Shown: in pieces, positions 1-11,806 of the stretch
How the letters are laid out: each line of letters opens with the position of its first letter
Numbering within the stretch: position 1 is the stretch's first letter
Assembly: GCA_043228905.1 (NCBI GenBank)
Contig: JBHGNT010000006.1
Location: 7,626,001 to 7,690,000 of the forward strand
Length of the DNA stretch: 64,000 nucleotides
Direction of reading: 5' to 3'
Origin: Azolla caroliniana
Taxonomy: Eukaryota > Plantae > Polypodiophyta
Translations under genes and position numbers: made by a program
Notes under the pieces: generated by a model
The model's database searches: none
Told to the model about the DNA's origin: nothing
What the model saw: only the letters and a program-made list of their open reading frames with translations

Positions 1-290
1 TTATCTTTTGCTCCAATAGGTCGTCCACGCTTCCTTTGAGATTCTACGACATGTGTCGGTGATTCGCCAATCGAAATATTTTTTTCTTTGTTTGAAAACA
101 AAAAAGAACATCTTGAGCTCATTTTCGCCCGTGGATTCAGTACCGAAATTCGAGTTGGCACATTCATAGCAGGATTAATGTTAGAGACCTTCATATTGAA
201 AGTGTTAACAAAAGCATCTGGTGCATTGTTGGCAATATTTTGTAGATGTAATCTTTGTTGAAATTCTTTCTCCTCCTCTCTAGTATAAGG

Positions 291-458
291 TGTCGAATAC
301 ATGTGTATAATGGACGTATTCACACTATCCTGTTTTGGCCATTTATGTAATTAGCATAAAGGGTAATTGCCCTAAGTCAGTCACTATATATAGTGACCTT
401 GTAACCTTTTTGTAAGGTTGGCTGTTGTATTGTTGTTTTGTGAAAGAAAGAGTCTTTT

Positions 459-496
<38 letters not shown>

Positions 497-580
497 AACG
501 ACCTACATTCTATCATACACAGGGAAGAAACAGGGATCGAATGCTTCTCGATCTTCCGCACTGACGACTTTGCATCAACA
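291..580 (+). repeat. 5' LTR of copia A (290 bp)
   Basis: TGTCGAA...TCAACA; identical by eye to 10708-10995 except for one CT microsatellite unit. Confidence 0.96.
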
Positions 581-582
581 TC

Positions 583-594
583 TGGTATCAGAGC
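583..594 (+). other. Primer-binding site (initiator tRNA-Met) of copia A
   Basis: TGGTATCAGAGC 2 nt after the LTR. Confidence 0.95.
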
Positions 595-1166
595 GAGGTT
601 CGGCCGTCATCACCGCCTGCACAGCATTCGGTTCTTCACCTCAACACAGCCTGCACAGTATTCGCGTCATTCGAAGAAAGAGAGAAGAAGAACAAAAACG
701 AGGTTTGCACCTCATCGCGTTAGATCCCCTTGCTTGGAGTAAGCCAACAGGTTGTACTCTGTTCCCTGTGATCGTAACCGCTCGAGGTGAAATCCCCTTG
801 TGCAACTCTGACAACAACCCAAATTCGTGCTTCATCTGGCTGATCGACATTCGGGAGGATCAGTCGGATCTGTCTCTCTCATCGCTGCAGTCAATCGAAG
901 CCGAATCAGTCCCGATAATCGGTTTCAATAATCGGTATTCGGCATATATATCCGAATCGAACCGGGCTCACTCCGACTCGGCGACATTCGGGAAGACCAG
1001 TCGGTTCTGTCCCTCAAGTTACCGGAGTCAATTCGAGCAAGTTCCGAAGCCGAACCGACTCGGGTTCAAATCCGACTAGAACGACATCGGGTGAGCCAAC
1101 CGGCTGCACTCCAACAAGGCTCGCAGTCAACTCCGAACCGAGCTTCGTCAACCGAAACCCAACTTG

Positions 1167-2953
1167 ATGGCATCAACATCCGGCTCGTCAGAAATGAGTC
1201 TACGAAAGTTCGATGGATCGAACTTTAACTTCTGGAAGGAGCAAATGCAGGACTATCTCATAGTCAAGGGGCAAATCGATCCCATCGAAAATGAAGAACC
1301 TCCAGAAGGATACAAACCAATTGAGTGGCAGAAGCTGGACAGAATCGTCCGCGCCACGATTCGGATGCACCTATCGGAATCGGTATACTTTACGGTGCAA
1401 TCGTGTACGACAGCATTTGAACTGTGGAAAACACTGTCGGACACTTACGAAAAGAAGGTCGCCGCAACAAAGATGTTTCTGATCCGGCGACTCTACAACT
1501 TGCGGATGAAAGAATCCGATTCGGTTCAAGCACACCTCAATGAGTACGAAAGCATAAGCTCCCAAATCTCGTCACAGGGGACGGCAATCGAGGATGAACT
1601 CAGAGCAATGATACTCATGAGTAGCCTTCTCTCATCATGGGAAACTTTCGTCACAACCGTGTGCAACGCGTCAACCACGGCTGTTAAATACTCCGAAGTC
1701 ACGAGCGCAATCCTGACCGAAGCAGCTCGGAGAAAGTCCTTCGCCAAAGACTCAACAGACGACGCTTACGTAGTACAAGGTTCGACAGACCGATCGAACA
1801 TACGAGGAAGAGATTCCTCACGGCCGCCGAACAATCAGCGAAGACGGAGCCAGTCACGGGATAACCGAATCTGCAATTATTGCAAGAAACCCGGACACAT
1901 CAAAGCCGACTGCCGCGCACTCAAGAACAAGAACAACAAGAAGAGTGGCCGGCATGAGGAGATCAATTATGTCAGCTTCTCAGCTGATGTACTACCGGAC
2001 GACCCGAATATACTATCAATCGAAAATCCAGTCGGATCAGAAGTTCTGCTCACGACTGAAGAATCAAGCACATGGCTCTTAGATTCGGGTGCGTCATTTC
2101 ACGTGACTCCTCATCGATCCCAATTTCGGCAATATACGATCCGTCACTCCGACTCAGTTCGGGTCGGCAACTCGCAACACTGTGACATCATTGGAATCGG
2201 CACAGTAGAGCTCAACCTTGCAGGTGGCTCTACACTTGTACTCCACAATGTCCGACATGTACCCGAGCTCTCAAGACCATTGATCTCAGTCGGACAACTA
2301 GATGAAGACGGCATTCGTGCCGGTTTTTCTTCGGGAGGGTGGACACTCCACAGGGGGAACCTCCTGCTTGCTAGAGGACCCAAGATACACTCCCTGTATC
2401 CGTTACATGTTACGCTCAGAGAGGGTAACCTGTTTTTGGTGGATATTCCTGTGTCATCACTATGGCACCGAAGATTAGGACACCTCAGCAAGGCCGGCAT
2501 CACACACCTATCTAGAGCCGGATACATCCCCAAACTCTCCTTCTCGGACCATCAATTCTGCGAGCATTGCCAGTATGGCAAACAAGTAGCCGCATCACAC
2601 CCGACATCAGCACCAAGAGAAACGAGACCTCTTGATTTGGTCCATTCGGACGTCTGTGGCCCAATGCCGCATCAGTCTCTAGGCGGTGCCTCTTACTTCG
2701 TCAGTTTTATTGACGATTCGACTCGAAAGGTGTGGGCTTATCCAATTCGCACCAAAGATCGGGTCTTCTCGATCTTCACCGATTGGCTCGCTATGGTAGA
2801 AAATCAAACCGACCGAAAGCTGAAATGCCTTCGGACAGACAATGGGGGAGAGTTCAAATCCGAAGAATTCGTCAAATTCTGCCGACAACGCGGCATCCGA
2901 CGTGAACTTACGGCACCACACAGTCCGGAGCAAAACGGGATTGCAGAACGAAT
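1167..2953 (+). CDS. Copia A Gag-Pol, 5' part (gag, CCHC knuckle, protease, GAG-pre-integrase, integrase core), cut by element B
   Basis: CNYCKKPGHIKADC, WLLDSGAS, LWHRRLGH, HSDVCGP, RTDNGGEF, NGIAER. The frame resumes at 8288 after the TSD. Confidence 0.93.
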
Positions 2954-3561
2954 TGTTGGGAATCGATGCTTCGATTCACCTTCTTCCTTCAGCCACAACC
3001 GAGTAATCGCGGATCAATGCAGCAGAAAATAGGAAATACAGAGAAAGACACGATACACAGGAATTAACGTGGAAAACCCTAAACGGGAAAAAAACCACGG
3101 GAGTACAAGACTCCAAACAACACTATACAGAGGAAGTATACAATGACGAGCTCCAAGGCGACGACCTTGAGCTCGCTGTCCTCGCCACAGGCGGCGGAAA
3201 TACACAGAGGCGTCTACCTCTTTCTCTCTCGCGCTCTATCTCTCTCTCTCTCTCTCACGGCTACTCTATCTTCACTCCTCTTGAGTGGAAAATCAGAAAA
3301 ATGAGTAGTAGACACAAAACAGTTTGCCCTAAGTCATATTTATACTTATATGACTTTGGGCTATTTACAACTGTAGCCTCAGGGGCCCATAGCGAACATA
3401 TTCACGGATATGTCCCTGCATCCGGATCGCTCTCCGGGTACGTTCGTCATCCGGTACCGAAACCGGGGTCTTCGTCATCCGGATCCGAAACCGAAACCGG
3501 GCTTGTCGGCATTCATCTCTGATATCCGACCATCCCATCCGAAGGGACCGTAATCCCAACA
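2954..3561 (-). repeat. 3' LTR of copia B
   Basis: TGTTGGG...CCCAACA, adjacent to the PPT. Confidence 0.95.
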
Positions 3562-3571
3562 AACTCCCCCT

Positions 3572-5377
3572 TCACTTCGGCATGGGATGTCTCTCCAATC
3601 CGATCCTCTTCCGGCATGCTTCCAGCTTGTCGGGTGTGAGGACCTTGGTCAGCATATCCGACCCGTTCTCGTCCGTGTGGATCTTTGTCAGCACGAACTC
3701 CTTGTCTTCTATCCTTTCCCGGATCCAGTGATATCTTCGCTGGATGTGCTTCGTCCGGGAGTGATAGGTCGCGTTCTTCGCAAGGTGGATTGCACTCTGA
3801 CTGTCGCAGTAGAGTCGGTACTCCTCCTGCCGGGTACCGAGCTCTCTGATGAAGTCCTTCATCCATATTATTTCCTTGCCGGCTTCAACAGCTGCCATGT
3901 ACTCCGCCTCCGTGGTTGACAACGCAACCGTCTTCTGCAGCCTCGACTGCCACGAAACAGCTCCCCCTGCATACGTCATCACATACCCTGATGTGGACCG
4001 GCTGGTATCTGCATCAGCCGACATATCCGAATCGGTGAAACCGTCGAGTTCGGGTTTACCGGAGCCGAATCGGAGGCACAAGTCTGCCGTGCCCTTCAGG
4101 TATCGGAGTATCCACTTGACCGCGTTCCAGTGCTCTTTGCCGGGATTGCTCATGTACCGGCTCACCACTCCGACTGCATATCCTATGTCCGGTCTCGTAC
4201 ACACCATGGCGTACATCAAGCTCCCGACGGCTGAGGCATACGGCACTTTCATCATATCCTCCTTTTCAGCCTTTGTCTTGGGACTTTGCTTGCTGGACAG
4301 CTTGCAGTTTGCCGGGAGGGTCGATCCGACCGGTCTTGCTTCCGACATGTTGAACCGTTGAAGCACCTTTGTCACGTACTTCTCCTGTGACAGCCACAAC
4401 TGCTTCTTCTTCCGGTCCCGAATGATGTGCATCCCTAGTATTTGCCTCGCCGGACCCAGGTCCTTCATTGAGAAGGTTCGGTGAAGAGCCTTCTTCAGCA
4501 TCCGTATCTTGACCTGGTCCCGTCCGACGATCAACATGTCGTCCACGTACAGGAGGAGTATTAGAAAGTCTCCTCCTTCGAACTTCTTCACAAACACGCA
4601 GTGGTCGGACTGCGTTTTGAGGTACCCTTCGTCGGTCATGAAGGAGTCGAACTTCCGGTACCATTGCCGGGGAGCCTGCTTCAGTCCGTAAAGGCTCTTC
4701 TTCAACCGGCATACCAGGTGCTCCTTCCCTTGCTTCTCGAATCCTTCCGGTTGCTGCATGTAGATTTCTTCTTCGAGGTCACCGTGAAGGAATGCCGTCT
4801 TCACGTCCATCTGTTCTACCTCGAGGTCCATGCTTGCCGCTATGCTCAGCACCGTCCGGATGGAGGTCATCTTCACTACCGGGGCAAATATCTCGTCGAA
4901 GTCGACGCCCTTCTTTTGCTGAAACCCCTTCACCACGATCCTGGCTTTGTATCTCGGGGGGTTTCCGGCATCTCCCGGTTTCAGCTTGAACACCCACTTG
5001 TTTCGAAGTGCCCGCTTTCCTTTCGGCAACTCCACAAGTTCATATGTGTGGTTCTCATGCAGGGAATCCATCTCGTCCTGCATGGCACTCAACCACCTGC
5101 GGCTCTGGGTGTCGTGCTTTGCTTCTTCAAAGCTCTCCGGCTCCCCCTCGTCGGTTCGCAGCACGTGCTCTGGTTCCGGAAATCTCCGGGGGGCCCTTCT
5201 CTCTCTTAGAGGATATCTCCGTTCCGGAGCTTCGGTAACCGGTTCTTCCGATTCTTCTTCATCCGAATCCATTTCGGGATCGGGGCCGGTTCCGGTATCG
5301 ATTTCATCTTCTTCGGCCGGTTCTGTTTCTTCACCGTCTTCGGCCGGATCCTCGAGTGCTAACCGGTCCCTTGCCGG
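3572..5377 (-). CDS. Copia B Pol 3' part: acidic linker, reverse transcriptase, RNase H (in frame with the upstream ORF past a single TGA)
   Basis: YKARIVVKG, QMDVKTAFLHG, SLYGLKQAPRQW, LLYVDDML, STTEAEY, ENGSDMLTK. First Met at 5272. Confidence 0.93.
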   Translation of the reverse strand, partial: PARDRLALEDPAEDGEETEPAEEDEIDTGTGPDPEMDSDEEESEEPVTEAPERRYPLRERRAPRRFPEPEHVLRTDEGEPESFEEAKHDTQSRRWLSAMQDEMDSLHENHTYELVELPKGKRALRNKWVFKLKPGDAGNPPRYKARIVVKGFQQKKGVDFDEIFAPVVKMTSIRTVLSIAASMDLEVEQMDVKTAFLHGDLEEEIYMQQPEGFEKQGKEHLVCRLKKSLYGLKQAPRQWYRKFDSFMTDEGYLKTQSDHCVFVKKFEGGDFLILLLYVDDMLIVGRDQVKIRMLKKALHRTFSMKDLGPARQILGMHIIRDRKKKQLWLSQEKYVTKVLQRFNMSEARPVGSTLPANCKLSSKQSPKTKAEKEDMMKVPYASAVGSLMYAMVCTRPDIGYAVGVVSRYMSNPGKEHWNAVKWILRYLKGTADLCLRFGSGKPELDGFTDSDMSADADTSRSTSGYVMTYAGGAVSWQSRLQKTVALSTTEAEYMAAVEAGKEIIWMKDFIRELGTRQEEYRLYCDSQSAIHLAKNATYHSRTKHIQRRYHWIRERIEDKEFVLTKIHTDENGSDMLTKVLTPDKLEACRKRIGLERHPMPK

Positions 5378-7645
5378 TCAGGACTGCTCCTCGTAGAGTT
5401 GATCCTCACCGGTCGACTTGGAGCTCTTCACCTTCTTCTCCGACTCCCAGTCGGCGAGTGTCTTGTCCTCCATGAAGATGATGTCTCGACTCCTGAATAT
5501 CTTCTTGTCGACCGGGTCCCATACTCGGTAGCCGAACTCGTCGTCGCCGTAACCGAGGAATATGCATGGCCGGGTCTTTGGATCTAGCTTTCCTCTCCGG
5601 TCCTTTGCCACATGCACGTATGCGAGACACCCGAACACCTTCAGATGCCGGTAGGATACTTCCCTACCGGTCCACACTCTCTGCGGCGTGTCTCCGTCCA
5701 AAGGTACTGAGGGTGATCTGTTTATCACATATGTCGCCGTCGACATTGCCTCAGCCCAAAATCCCTTGGGTAATTTCGCATGCACCAGCATACTCCGGAC
5801 CCTCTCCATTATGGTCCGGTTCATCCTCTCGGCCAGCCCGTTCAGTTCCGGCGTCTTCGGCACAGTAAACTCGAGTCGGATTCCCTTCGAGCGACAGTAC
5901 TCCTGGAACTGCCCCCGGTATTCCCCTCCGTTATCCGCTCGTATCGCTTTCAGCTTCTTGCCGGATTCCCTTTCCACTCTCGCGTGGAGTTCTTTGAAGA
6001 CGCACAACACTTGGTCCTTTGTCTTCATCGGTGCCGTCCACAGTTTTCGGCTATGATCATCGATGAATGTTACGAAGTACTGGGCTCCGCCATGTGACTT
6101 CGTCTCTACCTGACACACGTCAGTGTGCACCAACTCCAATGGTGCGCTACGTCTCGTCGGTGGCCTTGAGTGGAAAGAGGTTCGGTTCTGCTTACCGGCC
6201 AGGCAATCGGTGCACTTCTCCAGGTGCACATGCTTCACTGGGATGAGGTTGTCTTCTGCAAGCCTCTTCATCCCCTTCTCACTCATGTGGCACAGTCTCT
6301 TGTGCCACAGCTCACCGGCAGTGTCGGCTGCCACATTCAGCTCTTTCGGACATAACCGGGCATTCATCAGGTACAGTGTGTTGACTTTCCGGGCCCGAGC
6401 CACTATCAGGCTCCCCTTGCTGAACTTCATTACGCCGTTCCGGATGCTACCTGTGTAGCCTTCATCGTCTAGCCTCCCGGCCGAAATCAGGTTCAATCGA
6501 ACCTCCGGAACGTGTCGGACATCTTTCAGCAGCATTTTGCATCCGGTCGGGGTTGTCAACCACACGTCTCCTATGCCGGCAATCCGGCACGTACCTTCAT
6601 TTCCCATCCGAACACAGCCATGCTCACCGGATGTGTAGGATGAGAAGTATCTTCTCTCCGGGGTCAGGTGGAACGATGCTCCGGAATCGACCACCCAGGT
6701 CGTCTCATCGCCGGCAACGTTTAGCTCACCTTCTTCGGTGATGAGCATGATTTCTTCCTCACTTGCCGCGAGTGCCGTTGTTCCTTTCCGGTCCTGCCCT
6801 CGCCGATCCGAACCTCTCCGGTCCGTGGCTCCCCGGTATGCACCGTTTCTCTCCGGTGACTTCTTCGAGTCGGTGTCGTCGGCTCCGTTGTCTTTTCGGT
6901 AATGCCGACAATTCTTTCGGAAGTGCCCCGGCTTCCCACAGTGGAAGCATGTGGGCCTTCCTCTTGACTGCGACCGGGTCCCCGACTTCTCCCGTCTTTG
7001 CGGACTCCGGTTCCATTGTCTTCCCCGATCCGATTCGGTAAACAGCATCTTCGGGTCGGAGGCCGGTTCCTTATCTCTCCGACGCGCTTCTTCATTCAGA
7101 ATACTTGTCTTTACAGTTTGTAAGGACAAGTTATCTTCGGTGCACGAGGTGCTGAGAGTCACCACCAAGTTCTCCCAGCTTTCCGGCAATGTACACATCA
7201 GGATGATGGCTTGCATTGCATCCTCCAACGGGAACTTGATCGCCGCAAGCTGATTCACGAATCCCATGAACGTGCTTACGTGTTCCACCATACTCTCGCC
7301 GTCCCGGTACTTGAGATTCACTATCTTCCTCATCAAGGAGGTTCGGTTCAACGCATTCTTCCTCTCATAGAGGCCCGACAGCTTCTTCCACATCTCGTAT
7401 GCGTTGGTGTCGTTCGCCACATGTTGTAGGACGCTTACGTCGACATATTGTCGGATCGTCGCTACGGCTTTCCGGTTCAGGAGCTTCCACTCCGACTCAA
7501 GTACCCCTTTCGGTATTTCCGACCTGTCAATCGGTTCGTACAGGTCCCGAACAATCAGAAGATCCTCCATCTTGATCTTCCAGTCGGCGTAATTCTGTGC
7601 ATTCAGCACCATCATCATCGGCTGCCCGCTGCCGCCGCCTTCCAT
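5378..7645 (-). CDS. Copia B Gag-protease-integrase
   Basis: CFHCGKPGHFRKNC, WVVDSGAS, LWHKRLCH, HTDVC, RADNGGEY, NGLAERMNRT. ATG at 7645, about 15 nt after the PBS. Confidence 0.93.
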   Translation of the reverse strand: MEGGGSGQPMMMVLNAQNYADWKIKMEDLLIVRDLYEPIDRSEIPKGVLESEWKLLNRKAVATIRQYVDVSVLQHVANDTNAYEMWKKLSGLYERKNALNRTSLMRKIVNLKYRDGESMVEHVSTFMGFVNQLAAIKFPLEDAMQAIILMCTLPESWENLVVTLSTSCTEDNLSLQTVKTSILNEEARRRDKEPASDPKMLFTESDRGRQWNRSPQRREKSGTRSQSRGRPTCFHCGKPGHFRKNCRHYRKDNGADDTDSKKSPERNGAYRGATDRRGSDRRGQDRKGTTALAASEEEIMLITEEGELNVAGDETTWVVDSGASFHLTPERRYFSSYTSGEHGCVRMGNEGTCRIAGIGDVWLTTPTGCKMLLKDVRHVPEVRLNLISAGRLDDEGYTGSIRNGVMKFSKGSLIVARARKVNTLYLMNARLCPKELNVAADTAGELWHKRLCHMSEKGMKRLAEDNLIPVKHVHLEKCTDCLAGKQNRTSFHSRPPTRRSAPLELVHTDVCQVETKSHGGAQYFVTFIDDHSRKLWTAPMKTKDQVLCVFKELHARVERESGKKLKAIRADNGGEYRGQFQEYCRSKGIRLEFTVPKTPELNGLAERMNRTIMERVRSMLVHAKLPKGFWAEAMSTATYVINRSPSVPLDGDTPQRVWTGREVSYRHLKVFGCLAYVHVAKDRRGKLDPKTRPCIFLGYGDDEFGYRVWDPVDKKIFRSRDIIFMEDKTLADWESEKKVKSSKSTGEDQLYEEQS

Positions 7646-7674
7646 TTTCTGCAACAGTCGCTCTGATACCAGTT

Positions 7675-8282
7675 TGTTGGGAATCGATGCTTCGATTCAC
7701 CTTCTTCCTTCAGCCACAACCGAGTAATCGCGGATCAATGCAGCAGAAAATAGGAAATACAGAGAAAGACACGATACACAGGAATTAACGTGGAAAACCC
7801 TAAACGGGAAAAAAACCACGGGAGTACAAGACTCCAAACAACACTATACAGAGGAAGTATACAATGACGAGCTCCAAGGCGACGACCTTGAGCTCGCTGT
7901 CCTCGCCACAGGCGGCGGAAATACACAGAGGCGTCTACCTCTTTCTCTCTCGCGCTCTATCTCTCTCTCTCTCTCTCACGGCTACTCTATCTTCACTCCT
8001 CTTGAGTGGAAAATCAGAAAAATGAGTAGTAGACACAAAACAGTTTGCCCTAAGTCATATTTATACTTATATGACTTTGGGCTATTTACAACTGTAGCCT
8101 CAGGGGCCCATAGCGAACATATTCACGGATATGTCCCTGCATCCGGATCGCTCTCCGGGTACGTTCGTCATCCGGTACCGAAACCGGGGTCTTCGTCATC
8201 CGGATCCGAAACCGAAACCGGGCTTGTCGGCATTCATCTCTGATATCCGACCATCCCATCCGAAGGGACCGTAATCCCAACA
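7675..8282 (-). repeat. 5' LTR of copia B
   Basis: Identical by eye to 2954-3561; followed on the minus strand by the Met PBS. Confidence 0.95.
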
Positions 8283-8287
8283 CGAAT

Positions 8288-10514
8288 GAATCGGACAATC
8301 CAAGAACGGACAGTTTCCATGCTCCAACACTCCGGACTGTCGGATGGCTTCTGGGCAGAGGCTCTACTCACGGCAGTACACATAATCAATATGTCGCCAA
8401 GTAGACCTCTAGGACTTCAAATTCCTCAGGAACTATGGATCGGCAGTAAGCCGAATTACGACAAGCTGAGGATCTTCGGATGCGAGGCGTACGCCCTCAT
8501 TCCGAAAGATGATCGCCGAAAACTTGCACCTCGGTCCAGGAAATGCATTTTCCTTGGATATGGATCCGACGGCGAAATGGGATACCGACTCTGGGACCCC
8601 GAACGCAGGCAAATCGTTCGAAGTTCGGACGTTGTGTTCAACGAGTCGGCTATGAACCCATCCGTCGAAAAACCAATCGAAGTCCGAAGGGTAACATTTT
8701 CCGATGTGCCGACCCTTCAAGAAGGCCCCGCTCTCAACACACGGTCAGCTTCACGGGTAGCTGAACCTTACTCTACCGACTCGGACAACTCCGACTCGGC
8801 ACAGCAGAACAACTCGCTTTCGGACCATCCGACCACGATACCCGATGCGACCAGTCCAATCATACCTCGACGATCCGAGAGACTGTCGCAACCTCCGGCG
8901 AGGTACTCTCCTGGAATTTTCTTCACCGACGCCGGCGAACCGACGTCTTACGAAGAAGCATCGACATCTGTCGATTCCGCCACCTGGCATCTGGCGATGG
9001 AGTCGGAAATGCACTCCATTCGGGCAAACAAGACTTGGGATCTGGTCGAATTACCTAGGAACCGACGTGCTCTTCCTTGCAAGTGGGTTTATCGACTAAA
9101 AGAGACGTCTGATTCGACCACCCCAAAGTACAAGGCCAGATTAGTTGCGAAGGGCTTCCGACAAGAATATGGCGTCAACTTCGACGAGATTTTCTCACCA
9201 GTGGTGAAAATGACAACCCTTCGTTTTCTGCTCGGCGTAGTGGCAGCCGACAACTTGGAGCTGATTCAGCTAGATGTCAAAACAGCCTTCCTCCATGGTG
9301 ATCTCGAGGAGGAAATTTATATGGAGCAGCCAAAAGGCTTCGTGGCACCTGGCCAAGAACATCTAGTCTGCCGACTCAGGAAGAGTTTATACGGCCTCAA
9401 ACAGGCACCGCGACAATGGTACAAGAAGTTCGACGACTTCATCCAATCGATCGGCTTCTCAAAAAGCGATGAGGACCATTGTCTCTTTACCAACACAGCT
9501 CAAGATGGATCACCCATCTTCCTCATCATTTACGTGGACGACATGCTAATTTCTGGACGCCACGCGGGCGAACTTGCCGATCTCGTTCGGCAACTGCGGT
9601 TGAAGTTTGCCATGAAGGACCTCGGTCCGGCACGACACATACTCGGCATGAAGATTAGTCGGCATCGCGATAAAAGACATCTTTTTTTGTCTCAGACCGA
9701 CTACATCGGACGTGTCTTGGAACGCTTCAACATGCAATCAGCCAAATCTGCTTCAACCCCGCTCCCCATGAATCTTCGGCTCTCTCAGCGAGACTGCCCG
9801 ACATCCGGTCCGGAGGGGGAAGATATGAAGTCGGTACCGTATGCACCGGCAGTCGGCTCCCTTATGTACCTGATGGTCGCGACACGGCCTGATATCTCTC
9901 ATGCCGTAGGAGTCGTTAGCAGATTTATGCACAATCCTGGCCGATCGCATTGGAACGCAGTCAAGCATGTGTTCAGATATCTGGCTGGCACAAAAGACCA
10001 TGGCATTCTTTTCGGTCCGAACCGAACCTCAGGCGTAGTCGGTTACACCGACTCGGATTTCGCCGGCTGTATAGACAGTCGAAAATCAACAACCGGATAC
10101 TGCTTCAAATTCGGCAATGGAGCAATCTCGTGGAAGTCGAAACTTCAGGAGTGCACAGCGACCTCAACAACCGAAGCAGAATATGTAGCTGCGTCCGACG
10201 CAGCAAAAGAAGCTTTGTGGCTCGGTCGGCTGGCGCACACGTTTCGACAAGTCGACCATGACTCAGCTCCAGTTGTCTACAGCGACAGTCAAGGTGCTGT
10301 TGCCCTGTCGAAAAATCCGGTTCACCACAACGCCTCCAAACATATCGACGTTCGATATCACTTCGTTCGGGACTGCGTCATTTCAGGGAAAATCGGTCTA
10401 GAGAAAATATACACAACCGACAATGTCGCAGATGGAATGACCAAGTGTCTTTCGGCAGACCGTTTTCGGTCTCTTCGGCATCAGATGGGCGTAACGACAA
10501 ACCAGTCCGGTTAG
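8288..10514 (+). CDS. Copia A Gag-Pol, 3' part (integrase C-terminus, RT, RNase H)
   Basis: (M)NRTIQER, YKARLVAKG, QLDVKTAFLHG, IYVDDML, STTEAEY, DNVADGMTK; no stops. Confidence 0.95.
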
Positions 10515-10707
10515 AGCCAGACACAGAGCAGGATGGTTCCCGACAACCGACATCAGTTCCTTAATGATCGGCTTCAACTGTTCCGACCCGACCAGTTCGG
10601 TCTTCTGCTTTCGGATCCTGCCGACTCGAACAAAGCTGATATGTCCGAGAACCCAAGTCTATACCTGTAATCTTAGATAACCCATGTATACGCCCATTAC
10701 GGGGGAG

Positions 10708-10875
10708 TGTCGAATACATGTGTATAATGGACGTATTCACACTATCCTGTTTTGGCCATTTATGTAATTAGCATAAAGGGTAATTGCCCTAAGTCAGTCA
10801 CTATATATAGTGACCTTGTAACCTTTTTGTAAGGTTGGCTGTTGTATTGTTGTTTTGTGAAAGAAAGAGTCTTTT

Positions 10876-10911
<36 letters not shown>

Positions 10912-10995
10912 AACGACCTACATTCTATCATACACAGGGAAGAAACAGGGATCGAATGCTTCTCGATCTTCCGCACTGACGACTTTGCATCAACA
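10708..10995 (+). repeat. 3' LTR of copia A (288 bp)
   Basis: Follows the PPT and precedes TSD TAAGG. Confidence 0.96.
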
Positions 10996-11338
10996 TAAGG
11001 ATCCGGTGGTATTGGTTTATCCTTGAGCTAATTAAACATTACAATTTGATCAATCTTTCCTAATGTTTCTCTTTTCCAGTTATCTTCCCCTAAAATCGGG
11101 AAAGTTGTTTCATCAAACTGGCAATCGACAAAGCTAGTTGTAAATAAATCGCCAGGTGTAGGTTCGAGATAATGAATGATTGAAGGAGAGTTGAAACCCA
11201 CATAAATTCCAAGACAACGTTAAGGACCAAGTTTCCTACGGTAATGTGAAGAAATAGGAACATAAACTACACACACAAATACTCGTAAATGAGAAATAGA
11301 GGGTGGAAAACCTATCATGAGTTGATGGGGAGAGTAAA

Positions 11339-11806
11339 TGTAAAGAATCGTGTATGATTCTTGTGTAGCAGAAGAGATGTGTGTTATTTTATGTGTGAGA
11401 GGACTCAGGAAAGAGAGAAAAGAAGAGAAACACAAGATAGATTAGATAGAATGGGAACATAATGAAGTACTCAAGAAGAAGATGTATATTCACAAGTAAA
11501 GTAAGAGATACAAAAATGTAGCATTACAAGGAGTCCCAACCGACTTAGTATGAAGTAAGAGAAAGGTGTTTTATATAAGGTCACCCTCTCTCTTCATTAA
11601 CTCACTACAACTACTCTCTCTTGGGGAATGTGAAGACTCATAATCATGGGGAATATGGAACTCATTAGTTATGTGTCATAGAATATGATTCTATGACACA
11701 TAGTTAATGTGTAGAGGGTAGTGGTGTGACTCTTGACCTTTGAGTGATCATAGATTCTCAAAATGTGTGTTCACACACTAGAGTACGTTGAGCTTGATTC
11801 TCAATA
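11339..11806 (-). mobile_element. Solo LTR (TGTTGAGAATCAAGCTCAAC...GATTCTTTACA family)
   Basis: TSD GTAAA at 11334-11338 and 11807-11811; similar to the solo LTR at 49214; removing it rejoins the Bianca integrase text (YHVY|SPHQ). Confidence 0.88.

Larger units (their letters stand above)
2954..8282 (-). mobile_element. Full-length Ty1/copia LTR retrotransposon B (Tto1/Tork-like) nested in the integrase of A
   Basis: Two 608-bp LTRs (2954-3561, 7675-8282) identical by eye; TSD CGAAT at 2949-2953 and 8283-8287; Met PBS at 7660-7671 (minus); PPT AAGGGGGAG about 3564-3572 (minus). Confidence 0.97.
291..10995 (+). mobile_element. Full-length Ty1/copia LTR retrotransposon A (Tnt1-like), disrupted by nested element B
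   Basis: TG..CA LTRs at 291-580 and 10708-10995; TSD TAAGG at 286-290 and 10996-11000; PBS TGGTATCAGAGC at 583-594; PPT GGGGGAG at 10701-10707; domain order gag-PR-INT-RT-RH. Confidence 0.97.
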
